From contig UQBM01000004.1 in NCBI GenBank assembly GCA_900539265.1, forward strand, positions 7,982 to 71,981: a DNA stretch of 64,000 nucleotides, given 5' to 3'. This document shows positions 28,170 through 40,665 of this stretch, piece by piece. Within the stretch, counting starts at the first letter, position 1. Every line of letters starts with the position of its first letter. The position numbers and the translations under genes are program-made. The notes beneath the pieces were generated by a model. It made no database searches. It worked only from the letters and a program-made list of their open reading frames with translations, and was not told the DNA's origin. This DNA is from an uncultured Mollicutes bacterium. GTDB taxonomy: Bacteria > Bacillota_I > Bacilli_A > ML615J-28 > CAG-313.

Positions 28170-29253
28170 GAAATTAGTATTAGCAAGTGGTGAAATTTTT
28201 TATGGAATTGGTTATGCTAGTGATGTTGAGACCATAGCTGAAATTGTTTTTAATACTTCAATGGTTGGCTATCAAGAGATAGTAACTGATCCATCATATT
28301 ATGGTCAAATTGTAGTTATGAGTTATCCTTTAATCGGAAATTATGGGGTCAATCAAGATGATATTGAATCTCGTCAAATTTTTTTAAGTGGTCTTGTTAT
28401 TAAAGATTATAATGATTTTCCATCTAATTTTAGATGCCAAAAAGAATTACAAAAATTGCTTGAAGAAAACAATGTTCCTCTTATTAGCGATGTTGATACT
28501 AGAAAAATTGTTAGAATAATTCGAGAAAAAGGATCAATGCCTGCCATTATTACAGATGCGTTAACTCCTAATGACAAATGTTTGGAAAAACTTCAAAATT
28601 ATAGTTATAAAAAAAATCAAGTTAGTAATGTTTCCCTTACAAAGGTTGCCACATATGATGTTTTAGATTATAGATATGTAGTTGTTTGTATAGATTTTGG
28701 TTGTAAATATAACATTATTCGAAAATTGAATGCTTTTAAATGTAAGGTCATAGTTGTGCCTTATGATACATCATATCAAGAAATAGTAAAGTATCAACCA
28801 GATGGTTTATTCTTATCAAATGGGCCAGGAGATCCTACAGATAATAAAGTGGCAATTGAAGTGGTTAAAAACTTAAAAGGAAAATTGCCAATCTTTGGTA
28901 TATGTTTAGGTCATCAAATTATTAGTCTTGCTAGTGGAGCAACTACTTATAAATTAAGATTTGGTCATCGTGGTGCTAATCATCCAGTTAAAAATTTAGA
29001 AACTCAAAAAATCGAAATTACTCCACAAAATCATTCTTTTGCTGTCGAAAAGCAATCACTTGAAAAAACAGATTTAAGCATATCGCATATAAATTTGCTT
29101 GATGATACAATAGAAGGACTTGAAAATAAGGATCAAATGATTTTTAGTGTGCAGTATCATCCAGAAGCTAGTTCTGGACCTGAAGATAGTGAGTATTTAT
29201 TTTCTAAATTTATTAATTATATGGAGAAATTCAAAGGAGAAAAAAATGCCTAA
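28159..29253 (+). CDS. carA: Carbamoyl-phosphate synthase small (glutaminase) subunit
   Basis: 364 aa. GICLGHQ catalytic Cys motif of the class I glutamine amidotransferases. Confidence 0.9.
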   Translation: MKNKKLVLASGEIFYGIGYASDVETIAEIVFNTSMVGYQEIVTDPSYYGQIVVMSYPLIGNYGVNQDDIESRQIFLSGLVIKDYNDFPSNFRCQKELQKLLEENNVPLISDVDTRKIVRIIREKGSMPAIITDALTPNDKCLEKLQNYSYKKNQVSNVSLTKVATYDVLDYRYVVVCIDFGCKYNIIRKLNAFKCKVIVVPYDTSYQEIVKYQPDGLFLSNGPGDPTDNKVAIEVVKNLKGKLPIFGICLGHQIISLASGATTYKLRFGHRGANHPVKNLETQKIEITPQNHSFAVEKQSLEKTDLSISHINLLDDTIEGLENKDQMIFSVQYHPEASSGPEDSEYLFSKFINYMEKFKGEKNA

Positions 29254-32200
29254 AAGAAAAGATATCAAAAAAATTTTAGTTATTGGGTCGGGACCAATTG
29301 TTATTGGTCAAGCAGCGGAATTTGATTATGCTGGAACACAGGCTTGTCTTGCTATTAAAGAAGAAGGATATGAGGTAGTCTTAATTAATTCAAATCCTGC
29401 AACAATTATGACTGATTATGCCATAGCTGATAAGGTATATATGGAACCCTTAAATTTAGAATTTGTTTCAAGAGTAATTAGAATGGAAAGACCTGATGGT
29501 ATTGTTTGTACACTTGGAGGACAAACAGCCTTGAATTTAGCAGTTCAATTGGCCGAAAAGGGGATTTTAGAAGAATGTCAAACTGAGATTTTAGGAACAG
29601 ATTTTACTTCAATTAAGCAAGCAGAAGATCGAGAGTTGTTTAAAGAATTATGTCAACGAATTAAAGAGCCGATTTTAGAAAGTAAAACAGTTTTTACACT
29701 TGATGATGTTTTAGATGTTGCAAATGATATTGGCTATCCCATCATTGTAAGACCAGCTTTTACGTTAGGTGGTACTGGTGGTGGTTTTGCAAGTTCAGAT
29801 GAAGAGCTATTACCATTAGCCAAACATGCTTTAGAATTATCACCAGTTAATCAAATTCTAATTGAAAAATCAATCAAGGGTTATAAAGAAATTGAATATG
29901 AGGTGATGAGGGATGCTAATGATACCGCAATTGCTATATGTAATATGGAAAATATTGATCCTGTAGGAATTCATACTGGTGATTCAATGGTAGTTTGTCC
30001 AACACAAACTCTAACAAATAAGGAATGTCAAATGTTAAGAAATGCAGCTTTAAAAATTGTTAGAGCTCTTAAAATTAAGGGAGGTTGCAATGTTCAGTTT
30101 GCGCTTGACCCTAATTCTTTTACTTATTATGTAATTGAGGTTAATCCTAGGGTATCTAGATCATCAGCTCTTGCATCTAAGGCATCGGGATATCCAATTG
30201 CAAGAGTTAGTGCTAAAATTGCTATTGGATTAAATTTAGATGAAATTAGAATTGCTAATACAATCGCAGCTTTTGAACCAGCCCTTGATTATGTTGTTAC
30301 TAAGATTGCAAGATTTCCTTTTGATAAATTTGTGACTGCCAATAAAACTTTATCAACCCAAATGAAAGCAACCGGAGAAGTGATGAGCATTGGAAGAACT
30401 TTTGAAGAAAGTTTTTTGAAAGCAATTCGATCACTTGAAATAGGGGTTGATCATATTTATCTTGAAAAGTTTGATAATCTTGATGCTAATTTTCTCAAAA
30501 ATTATATTGTAGAAGCAACCGATGAAAGAATTTTTGCCATTGCTGAATTATTACGAAGAAATATAACAATTAGTGAAATATATGAATTGACAAAAATTGA
30601 TAAATACTTTTTATATCGAATTAAAAGTATTATTGAATTAGAAAATCAACTTAAAAAAAATTGTCACTTGAATAATATAAAAAAGGCTAAAAAGAAAGGC
30701 TTTAGTGATAGCTATTTGGGTAAACTTTTGGGTATTAGTGAATGTGAATTTTATAAATATCGCTTGAAACATAATCTTTTTCCTGTTTATAAAATGATAG
30801 ATACTTGTGCTGGTGAATTTGCTAGTTACATTCCTTACTTTTATTCAAGTTATGAAGATGAAAATGAATCAATTGTTAGTAATAAGCCAAAAATTATTGT
30901 TTTAGGTTCTGGTCCAATCCGAATTGGACAAGGAGTTGAATTTGATTATTCAACTGTTCATGCTATTTGGGCCATAAAGGAGATGGGTTATGAAGCAATT
31001 GTGATTAATAATAATCCTGAAACGGTATCAACAGACTATTTAGTTACGGATAAGTTATATTTTGAACCTTTAACAATTGAAGATGTAATGAATATTGTAC
31101 ATCTTGAAAAACCTGCTGGTGTTATTGTTGAATTAGGTGGTCAAACAGCTATTAATCTTTGCGAAAGATTAGATAATCTAGAAGTACCCATTATTGGAAC
31201 TGGAAGGGATGCGATTGCAAAAGCTGAAAATCGTGAACTATTTGAGGAACTTTTAAAAAAATTAAATATTTTGCGTCCGGCTGGCAAGACTGTGCTTTCT
31301 TTAACTGAAGGGTTAGAGGTTGCTAGAACGCTTGGTTATCCTGTTTTAGTTAGACCCTCATATGTTTTAGGAGGAAGAGCTATGCAAGTAGTTTATAATG
31401 ATAAAGGTCTTAAAAAATATCTTCATAATGCCTTTTTAGCATCATATAAACAGCCAGTTTTAATCGATAAATATATTATAGGTAAGGAATGTGAAATTGA
31501 TGCTATCTGTGATGGTAATGATGTGGTGATTCCTGGTGTAATGGAATTAGTAGAAGGAACTGGCATTCATTCTGGTGATTCTATTAGTGTTTATCCACCT
31601 ATGACTTTGAGTTCAAAAGTAATTGATAAAATGGTTGATTATACAATTCAATTAGGAAAAGCAATTGGCATTATCGGTTTGTACAATATTCAATTTATTG
31701 TTGATAATAAAGAAGATGTTTATATTATTGAGGTTAATCCAAGAAGTAGTAGAACAATTCCTTTCATTTCTAAAGCTACTAAAGTCAATCTTGCCAATCT
31801 TGCTACAAAGGTAATCCTTGGTAAATCACTAAAAGATTTAGGTTATCAAACGGGGTTACTACCAAAGCAAAATAAATATTATGTAAAAGCTCCAGCTTTT
31901 AGTTTTAGTAAACTTTCTGGAATGGATTTAGTATTGTCACCTGAAATGAAATCAACAGGGGAAGCCATAGGATATGATAGTTCTTTAAATAAGGCTTTAT
32001 ATAAAGCTTTGATTGCATCAAATATGAGAGTTGTTAATTATGGTACAATTTTTGTAACTTTATCTGATATGACTAAAGAAGAGGCACTACCTTTAATTAA
32101 AAGATTTTATGATTTAGGATTTAATATAGAGGCTACAAGTGGAACTGGTAAATTTTTAAAAGAACATGGAATTAGAACTAGAATTAAGAAAAAATTAAAT

Positions 32201-32412
32201 CAAGGTAGTACTGAAATTCTTGATTCTCTTCGCAAAGGTCATATTGCTTATGTTATTAATACTCCTGGTACTGATGAAACAATTAATACTGATGGATATT
32301 TGATTAGAAGGGTTGCAATTGAAAATAATGTTCCGTTGTTTACTTCTTTGTATACTGTTGGAGCTTTGCTTAATGTTTTAGATGAGATTACAATGAAAGT
32401 AGGAATGATCTA

Positions 32413-32413
<1 letters not shown>
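29246..32413 (+). CDS. carB: Carbamoyl-phosphate synthase large subunit
   Basis: 1055 aa from the ATG at 29246 (MPKRKDIKKILVIGSGPIVIGQAAEFDYAG). The ORF-track start at 29147 is an in-frame upstream extension overlapping carA. Two ATP-grasp halves and a C-terminal MGS-like domain. Confidence 0.9.
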
Positions 32414-34054
<1,641 letters not shown>

Positions 34055-34063
34055 GGAGGAAAT

Positions 34064-34768
34064 ATGGTAATTGTAGCATTAGATTTTGAAAATTATCAAA
34101 AAGTGGAAGAATTTTTAAATCACTTTAAAACTCCTATCTATGTTAAGGTAGGTATGGAGTTATTTTATCAAGAAGGTATAGAAGCAATTAAAAAAATTAA
34201 AGCCAGGGGTCATAAAATTTTTCTTGATTTAAAACTTCACGATATTCCCCATACGGTATATAATGCATCAAAACGTCTTGCTAATCTCGATGTAGATATA
34301 ATTAATTGTCATGCGGCAGGGGGAATTAAAATGATGAAAGCATGTTTAGAAGGAGTTATGGAAGTTTCCTCTCAAAAAAAACTTCCTAAAAGACCACTTG
34401 TAATTGCCGTTACGCAACTTACTTCAACAAGTAAACAGGTGATGAATCAAGAATTAGGAATGAATGGTGAAGTAGTTGATATGGTTATCAAATATGCTCA
34501 GAATGCCAAATTAGCAGGACTTGATGGTGTTGTTTGTAGTCCTTTAGAAGCACAAAAAGTTAAGGAAGTTTGTGGTAAAAATTTCATTACTATAACTCCT
34601 GGTATTAGACCAACCACAGCAGAGATAGATGATCAAGTACGGATTACAACGCCTCAAATGGCTAAAGAAATGTGCTGTGATTTTATTGTTGTCGGAAGAC
34701 CTATTACAAAAGCTCAAAATCCTAAAGAAGCATATTTTAATATTAAGAAAGAATTTTTAGGTGAATAG
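34064..34768 (+). CDS. pyrF: Orotidine-5'-phosphate decarboxylase
   Basis: 234 aa. VALD...DLKLHDIP motif (catalytic D-x-K-x-x-D). Confidence 0.9.
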   Translation: MVIVALDFENYQKVEEFLNHFKTPIYVKVGMELFYQEGIEAIKKIKARGHKIFLDLKLHDIPHTVYNASKRLANLDVDIINCHAAGGIKMMKACLEGVMEVSSQKKLPKRPLVIAVTQLTSTSKQVMNQELGMNGEVVDMVIKYAQNAKLAGLDGVVCSPLEAQKVKEVCGKNFITITPGIRPTTAEIDDQVRITTPQMAKEMCCDFIVVGRPITKAQNPKEAYFNIKKEFLGE

Positions 34769-35399
34769 AATGAAAGAAATTGCAAAAGACTTATTAGATA
34801 TTAAAGCGGTCTTTTTATCTCCTTTAAAGCCTTTTACTTGGGCAAGCGGAATTAAATCGCCAATTTATTGTGATAATCGTTTAACCCTTTCTTATCCAGT
34901 TATTAGAAAAAAAATTGAACAAGAAATGTCCAAGATTATTAAAGAGAAATATTCTCAAGTTGAAATCTTAATGGGAACCGCAACTGCAGGAATTCCTCAT
35001 GCTGCATATATTAGTGATCTTTTGGATTTACCAATGGGTTATGTACGCAGTAGTGCTAAAGCTCATGGCAGACAAAATCAAATTGAGGGTAAATATGAGA
35101 AAGGCCAAAAAGTTGTTGTTATTGAAGATTTAATTTCAACTGGTGGTAGTAGTATTGAGGTTGTAAAAACTTTAGAAGAAGCGGGATTAATTGTTATAGG
35201 TGTTGTTGCTATTTTTAGTTATAATTTACAGGTAGCAAAAGATAATTTTGAAAAAATAAAATGTCCTGTTTCTGTGGTGACTAATTATGATGAACTTTTA
35301 GAAGTAGCATTATCACTAAATTATATTGATTATCTTACAAAAGAGAAATTACTTAAATGGAAATTAAATCCCCATGATGAAAGTTGGATGAATAAGTAA
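34761..35399 (+). CDS. pyrE: Orotate phosphoribosyltransferase
   Basis: 212 aa. PRPP-binding motif VVVIEDLISTGGS. Confidence 0.9.
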   Translation: MNRMKEIAKDLLDIKAVFLSPLKPFTWASGIKSPIYCDNRLTLSYPVIRKKIEQEMSKIIKEKYSQVEILMGTATAGIPHAAYISDLLDLPMGYVRSSAKAHGRQNQIEGKYEKGQKVVVIEDLISTGGSSIEVVKTLEEAGLIVIGVVAIFSYNLQVAKDNFEKIKCPVSVVTNYDELLEVALSLNYIDYLTKEKLLKWKLNPHDESWMNK

Positions 35400-35424
35400 A
35401 ATGATATTATAATTTAGAAATAAA

Positions 35425-35460
35425 AAAAAGCATTTTTAAATTTTAATAAAAATGCTTTTT
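35425..35460. terminator. Bidirectional terminator between convergent pyrE and the phosphatase gene
   Basis: AAAAAGCATTTTT-aaattttaat-AAAAATGCTTTTT: a perfect 13-bp inverted repeat with A/T runs on both sides. Confidence 0.6.
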
Positions 35461-35494
35461 TTATTTTTTAATAGGAATAAATTGTTTGTTAAAA

Positions 35495-36064
35495 TCACTG
35501 ATTAAATTTAAAATTAATAATTTTTCCGTTATCTATCTCGACAAAATTTAAAGATCCGTTTGCCAAAGAAGATTTAAAGGTCAAACTTTGATCTAATTGG
35601 GTAAAGAGAGCTTTAATAAAATGAGAATGCGTAACTACTAAAATTTTTTTATTAGGATATATTTGATCAAGAGCTAAAATTTCATTATATGCTCTTTTTC
35701 TAATTGTAGTAGATTTCTCCATTTTATAATAACCATCATTTAAAATTTTTTCATAAACATTATCAGTAATTTTAATACCATCAGCTTCACCAAATTCTCT
35801 TTCAATTAAATTATCACGAATAATGATTTCCTCTTTTTGATAACCTAGATGATCTTTAATTATTTGACATGTTTCTTTTGCTCGTAAAAGGGGGCTACTT
35901 AAAAAAAGATCCCAATGAATATGATAAGTATTTAAACGACAAATTGTTTGATTAATTTGCCTTTTTCCTTCATTATTGAGAGGAATATCAAAACGACCTT
36001 GAATTAATAACTGTTGATTCCAATCAGTTTGCCCATGGCGAATTAGACAAATTAGCGTACTCAT
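35495..36064 (-). CDS. Histidine phosphatase family protein (phosphoglycerate-mutase-like)
   Basis: 189 aa. N-terminal LIRHGQTDWN is the RHG catalytic signature of the histidine phosphatase superfamily. Confidence 0.75.
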   Translation of the reverse strand: MSTLICLIRHGQTDWNQQLLIQGRFDIPLNNEGKRQINQTICRLNTYHIHWDLFLSSPLLRAKETCQIIKDHLGYQKEEIIIRDNLIEREFGEADGIKITDNVYEKILNDGYYKMEKSTTIRKRAYNEILALDQIYPNKKILVVTHSHFIKALFTQLDQSLTFKSSLANGSLNFVEIDNGKIINFKFNQ

Positions 36065-36194
36065 TTTAACTCCTTAAAAATTTATAATTTAATATTTAAT
36101 TTTATTATAACATAACTTTTTATATTATTTGCAAAAGATGATGAAATTTGTTATACTAAATAAGCAAAGATATGTAAAATGTGAGGTAAAAGTT

Positions 36195-37970
36195 ATGAAA
36201 TTCAATTTTAAAAATCGAGTGAGAAATTTTAAACTATCAACAACTGATTCTTTTGTTCCTTTGTTTGAGGCAATTACAAATTCTATTCAAGCGATTGAAG
36301 AAAGAGGATATTTTAATAATCAATTTATCAAAATTAAAATTGAAAGAGATAGTTATCGCATAACTGATTTTACTTCTGGCATTTTTGCAATAGAAATTAC
36401 AGATAATGGTATTGGATTTGTGGAACATAACTATGAATCTTTTATAACAAGCGATTCTGATTACAAAGTAGAAATTGGGGGAAAAGGGGTAGGTAGAATT
36501 AATTGGTTAAAAGCCTTTGAAATGATTTTTGTTAAAAGTGTCTTTGAGGAAAATGGTAAGAAATATTTAAGAAGTTTTCAATTTAATATTGATGATGAAA
36601 TTCATAATGAAATCTTAGAAGAAGTATCAAGCGATGTAGAAATTGCAACAACAATTACCTTGCGTAACTTAAATCAAGAATATCGACCAGTTACAGAGAT
36701 TTCCCTTAAAGAAATAGCTAATAAAATTATTGAACATTTCGCTACTTATTTTGTAATCGGTTCAATGCCAAAGATGGAAATAGAAGATGAAATTGACTTG
36801 ATTGATTTAAATGAATTTTTTGAAAAAGAAAAATTTATTAAAACTCAAAGTCAAAGCATCACATCTAATAATTCATTATTTAATATTAGACATGTTTTTT
36901 TAAATGCTTCGACTGCTTCAAAACATAAAATATATATATGTGCTCAAAATAGAGTAGTTTGTAGTTATGATATTGCTAATATTGAGGATTTACCAACGGT
37001 TTTTAATCTTAATGGTCAAAAAGCTATTTATCAATGTTATGTTAGTGGTGCTTTTTTAGATAAAGATGTGAATAGCGAAAGAACTTATTTTAGTAATGTT
37101 ATTTTTGAAGATGAAAAAGATTTAGATAGACCACATTTTGAATTAGCCATTAATTTATATGAACTTGTTTACAATGAAATTAATCTTTTTTTGAAGGACT
37201 ACTTGCAACCAATGATTATTTTAAGGGATAATCAAGTAATTGACTATATTGATTCTTATTGCCCTCAATATAAATATCTAACTAAATATGCCTCTGATGA
37301 ACTTAAAAATATTTCTTATTCAGTGGCTTCTAATAAAGATAAGTTGTCAATAGAGTTAAGTCGTTTAAATTTAAAGTTTAACCAAAAAAACCATGATAAA
37401 ATTAACAAAACTCTTCAAGATGCAACCCTTAATGCAAAAGATAAACTTTTAAATTTAGTAGTTCCTCTTTGTGAAAATCTGCATAGTGAATTTGCTAATT
37501 TTGTTTTAAAAAGAGCGGTTGCGGGAGAGATTTTAGAAAGACTTTTGACCTTTGATTTAAGTTTAGATGAACTTATCGATAAATACTTTGTCCCTTATAA
37601 AGAGGCTACTTCTGATGTTAGTAATTTGTGGATTATTGATGAAAATTTAGCATATCCTTACCAAAGAATAAGTTTATTACAAGATAACTATTTTTATGTT
37701 TATCAAGATGATAACACTAAATCTTATATTGCAATTTCTTTTGAGGATCCTTTTGAAATTCAGTTCAATCAAACCAATAATCCAGTTAAAAGACTTAATG
37801 ATAATTTAAATAAAATGATGATTAATAAAAATTATAAACTTACTAAATATTTAATTGTTAGTGATTCTTTTGGTATTATAGCAGAAGGTTTAGCAGATGA
37901 GCAAGTCATCTTATTATCGTATCAAGATTTGATTAAGTATTTAAAATTAAGAAAAAATAGTTTTCAGTAG
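36195..37970 (+). CDS. Orphan GHKL/Bergerat-fold ATPase (HATPase_c_3/MORC-like N-domain) with an uncharacterised C-terminal 400 aa
   Basis: 591 aa from the ATG at 36195 (GAGGTAAAAG RBS; the ORF-track start at 36129 is an upstream extension). Ordered GHKL boxes: N-box FEAITNSIQAIEE, G1 box ITDNGIGF, G2 box GGKGVGRINWLKAFE. No kinase HisKA domain and no partner genes in an operon. Confidence 0.7.
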   Translation: MKFNFKNRVRNFKLSTTDSFVPLFEAITNSIQAIEERGYFNNQFIKIKIERDSYRITDFTSGIFAIEITDNGIGFVEHNYESFITSDSDYKVEIGGKGVGRINWLKAFEMIFVKSVFEENGKKYLRSFQFNIDDEIHNEILEEVSSDVEIATTITLRNLNQEYRPVTEISLKEIANKIIEHFATYFVIGSMPKMEIEDEIDLIDLNEFFEKEKFIKTQSQSITSNNSLFNIRHVFLNASTASKHKIYICAQNRVVCSYDIANIEDLPTVFNLNGQKAIYQCYVSGAFLDKDVNSERTYFSNVIFEDEKDLDRPHFELAINLYELVYNEINLFLKDYLQPMIILRDNQVIDYIDSYCPQYKYLTKYASDELKNISYSVASNKDKLSIELSRLNLKFNQKNHDKINKTLQDATLNAKDKLLNLVVPLCENLHSEFANFVLKRAVAGEILERLLTFDLSLDELIDKYFVPYKEATSDVSNLWIIDENLAYPYQRISLLQDNYFYVYQDDNTKSYIAISFEDPFEIQFNQTNNPVKRLNDNLNKMMINKNYKLTKYLIVSDSFGIIAEGLADEQVILLSYQDLIKYLKLRKNSFQ

Positions 37971-38083
37971 CATTGAAACTTTTTAGAAAGATAGCATATT
38001 ACCTAGTAATTTTATTGTTTAATTATTGTAAATTTGTTATAATATAAATTGGTTTTACAAAATAAATATTTGATGGTGATAAG

Positions 38084-39373
38084 ATGATTGAAAGATATGC
38101 AAGAAAAAAATTACTTAATCTTTGGAGTGATAAAACAAGGTTTAAACATATGCTTGATGTTGAACTTGCCACAACCTTTGCTTTTTCACAAATGGGCATC
38201 GTTCCTAAAGAAGATTATGAAAAAATGTTAAAGAATGCTAAATTTGAAGTTGATAGAATCTTAGAAATTGAAAAAGAAACGCATCACGATGTTATTGCTT
38301 TTACAAAGGCGGTTACTGAAAATCTTCAAGCAGAAGGGAAATGGTTACATTATGGTTTAACTAGTACTGATGTTGTAGATACCGCTTTAGCACTTACATT
38401 GAAGAACGTGAATGAAGTTATTGAAAATGATTTAGAAACTTTTATTTTGGTTTTAAAAAAGCAAGCTATAAATTATAAAATGGTGCCTTGTATGGGAAGA
38501 ACGCATGGAATGCATGCTGAGGTAACTTCGTTTGGATTAAAATGGGCCCTTTGGTATGATGAGATGATGCGCAATTATTTACGGTTTAAAGCTGCAAGAA
38601 AAGTGATTGAAGTAGGCAAAATTAGTGGAGCAGTTGGTAATTTTGCTAATATACCTTGTACGGTTGAGGAAATGGTTTGTGCGAAGTTAGGGTTAGATTT
38701 TGCCAAAATATCAACACAAGTTTTATCTAGAGATAGGCATTGTGAGTATATGTATTGTCTTGCTCAAATCGCCTCAACATTGGAAAAAATTGCAATTGAA
38801 ATTCGTCATCTATCAAGAACAGAGGTAAAAGAGGTTGAAGAATATTTTTCTAAGGGTCAAAAAGGTTCGAGTGCAATGCCACACAAAAGAAACCCTATTG
38901 CCTCTGAAAATATTTGTGGTTGTGCAAGAGTTGTAAAAAGTAATTTAATGGTTGCTTTTGATAATAATATCTTATGGCATGAAAGAGATATTAGTCACTC
39001 TTCAGCAGAAAGAATTATTCTAGCAGATACGACTACTTTAATTGATTATATGTTAAATAGATATCAGGGAATATTAGAAAATCTGACTATTTTTCCGGAT
39101 AAGATGCTTAAGAATATAAATATAACTCATGGTGCTGTTTTTTCTGGACATATCGTCAATTTATTAGTTGAAAAAGGAATGAGTAGAATTGAAGCCTATG
39201 ATATTGTTCAAGAACAGGCAATGATTGCGTTAAATACAGATGAGAATTTATTAACTTTGTTGAAAAAGACAAAGGTAGGATCCATTCTAAATGAGGATTT
39301 AGAGAAATGTTTTGATGTAAAATTTTATTTAAAAGGCGTAGATAGTATTTATAAACGCCTTGGATTGGAGTAA
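38084..39373 (+). CDS. purB: Adenylosuccinate lyase
   Basis: 429 aa. Fumarate-lyase signature GSSAMPHKRNP. Confidence 0.9.
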   Translation: MIERYARKKLLNLWSDKTRFKHMLDVELATTFAFSQMGIVPKEDYEKMLKNAKFEVDRILEIEKETHHDVIAFTKAVTENLQAEGKWLHYGLTSTDVVDTALALTLKNVNEVIENDLETFILVLKKQAINYKMVPCMGRTHGMHAEVTSFGLKWALWYDEMMRNYLRFKAARKVIEVGKISGAVGNFANIPCTVEEMVCAKLGLDFAKISTQVLSRDRHCEYMYCLAQIASTLEKIAIEIRHLSRTEVKEVEEYFSKGQKGSSAMPHKRNPIASENICGCARVVKSNLMVAFDNNILWHERDISHSSAERIILADTTTLIDYMLNRYQGILENLTIFPDKMLKNINITHGAVFSGHIVNLLVEKGMSRIEAYDIVQEQAMIALNTDENLLTLLKKTKVGSILNEDLEKCFDVKFYLKGVDSIYKRLGLE

Positions 39374-39376
39374 AAA

Positions 39377-40657
39377 ATGAAAAATGCAGTAGTCGTAATT
39401 GGATCACAATGGGGAGATGAAGGTAAAGGAAAAATTACTAACTATTTAAGCCAAAAGGCAGATGTTGTTGTAAGATATCAAGGTGGTGATAATGCAGGAC
39501 ATACGATTAAATTTTTAGGTAATACTTATGCTCTTCATGTCATTCCATCAGGGGTTTTTAGTAGTAAGACGAAAAATGTTTTAGGAAATGGAGTAGTTTT
39601 AAATCCCAAAACTTTTTTAGAAGAGGTTAGAAATTTAAAAGCTAAAGGATTTGCTTGTAATAATCTTTATATTAGTGATCGTGCTCATGTTATTTTTGAC
39701 TATCATAAGGAATTAGATGGTTTAAGTGAAGAATCTTTAGGGGCAAATAAAATAGGTACGACTAAAAAGGGAATTGGTCCTTGTTATACTGATAAAATAG
39801 CTCGCCAAGGCATTAGAGTTAGTGACTTTATAAGTAACGATTTTGAGAAAATTTATAAAGCAACTTTAAAAATAAAAAATGAACAAATTAAAAAATATGG
39901 TGGTAAAATTTTTGACGTTGAAAAAAGTTATGAGGAATATCAAAAACTTGCTGATGAAATAAAACCATATGTAACAGATACAATTACGCTTTTAAATGAT
40001 GAAGTAAAAAAGGGTAAAAAAATCTTATTTGAAGGAGCTCAGGGAGCTTTATTGGATATTGATTTTGGTACTTATCCTTTTGTAACATCATCTAATCCTT
40101 CTGGCGGTGGTGTCTGTATTGGTAGTGGAGTTGGTCCAACTAATATTAAAGATATTATAGGTGTAGCAAAAGCTTATTCAACAAGAGTTGGTAGTGGGGC
40201 TTTTCCGACTGAATTTGAAGATGAGATTGCTAGTTATATTAGAGAAACTGCTCATGAATATGGAACTACAACTAAAAGACCAAGGCGTATTGGATGGCTT
40301 GATGGAGTAGTTTTGAAGTATAGTGCTAACATTAATGGATTAACTGGAATAGCTTTAATGCTACTTGATGTTTTATCAGGAATAGATTATCTTAATGTTT
40401 GTACTTCATATAAGTTAGATGGTAAAATAATTCATACTGTTCCGGCACGAATTAGTGATTTTAAAAGATGCGAACCAATCTATGAAAAACTACCTGGTTG
40501 GAAGGAAGATTTAACAAATATTAAAAGTTATGAAGATTTGCCAAAAAATGCTAAAAACTATATTGAATTTATTGAAAACATCACTGGTATAAGCGTTGTC
40601 ATAATTTCAGTTGGTCCAGATATCAATCAAACAATTATTAGAAGTGAAATTATGTAG
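39377..40657 (+). CDS. purA: Adenylosuccinate synthetase
   Basis: 426 aa. GSQWGDEGKGK P-loop, GGDNAGHT, and the TTKRPRR...GW motif. Confidence 0.9.
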   Translation: MKNAVVVIGSQWGDEGKGKITNYLSQKADVVVRYQGGDNAGHTIKFLGNTYALHVIPSGVFSSKTKNVLGNGVVLNPKTFLEEVRNLKAKGFACNNLYISDRAHVIFDYHKELDGLSEESLGANKIGTTKKGIGPCYTDKIARQGIRVSDFISNDFEKIYKATLKIKNEQIKKYGGKIFDVEKSYEEYQKLADEIKPYVTDTITLLNDEVKKGKKILFEGAQGALLDIDFGTYPFVTSSNPSGGGVCIGSGVGPTNIKDIIGVAKAYSTRVGSGAFPTEFEDEIASYIRETAHEYGTTTKRPRRIGWLDGVVLKYSANINGLTGIALMLLDVLSGIDYLNVCTSYKLDGKIIHTVPARISDFKRCEPIYEKLPGWKEDLTNIKSYEDLPKNAKNYIEFIENITGISVVIISVGPDINQTIIRSEIM

Positions 40658-40665
40658 GTGAGTTT

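Noticed and set aside
29147-29245. N-terminal extensions in ORF-track calls (carB at 29147, rpsL at 49818, nth at 43762, rqcH at 46363, GHKL at 36129, GmrSD-like at 12009, htpG at 21525)
   Set aside because: Conserved protein N-termini and RBS positions support the internal ATGs at 29246, 49836, 43804, 46279, 36195, 12024 and 21534.
37971-38083. Purine riboswitch or PurBox upstream of purB
   Set aside because: No UAUA...GGGA...CCGUAAAU-type purine aptamer core and no GAAC-containing PurBox seen, only an AT-rich promoter-like region.
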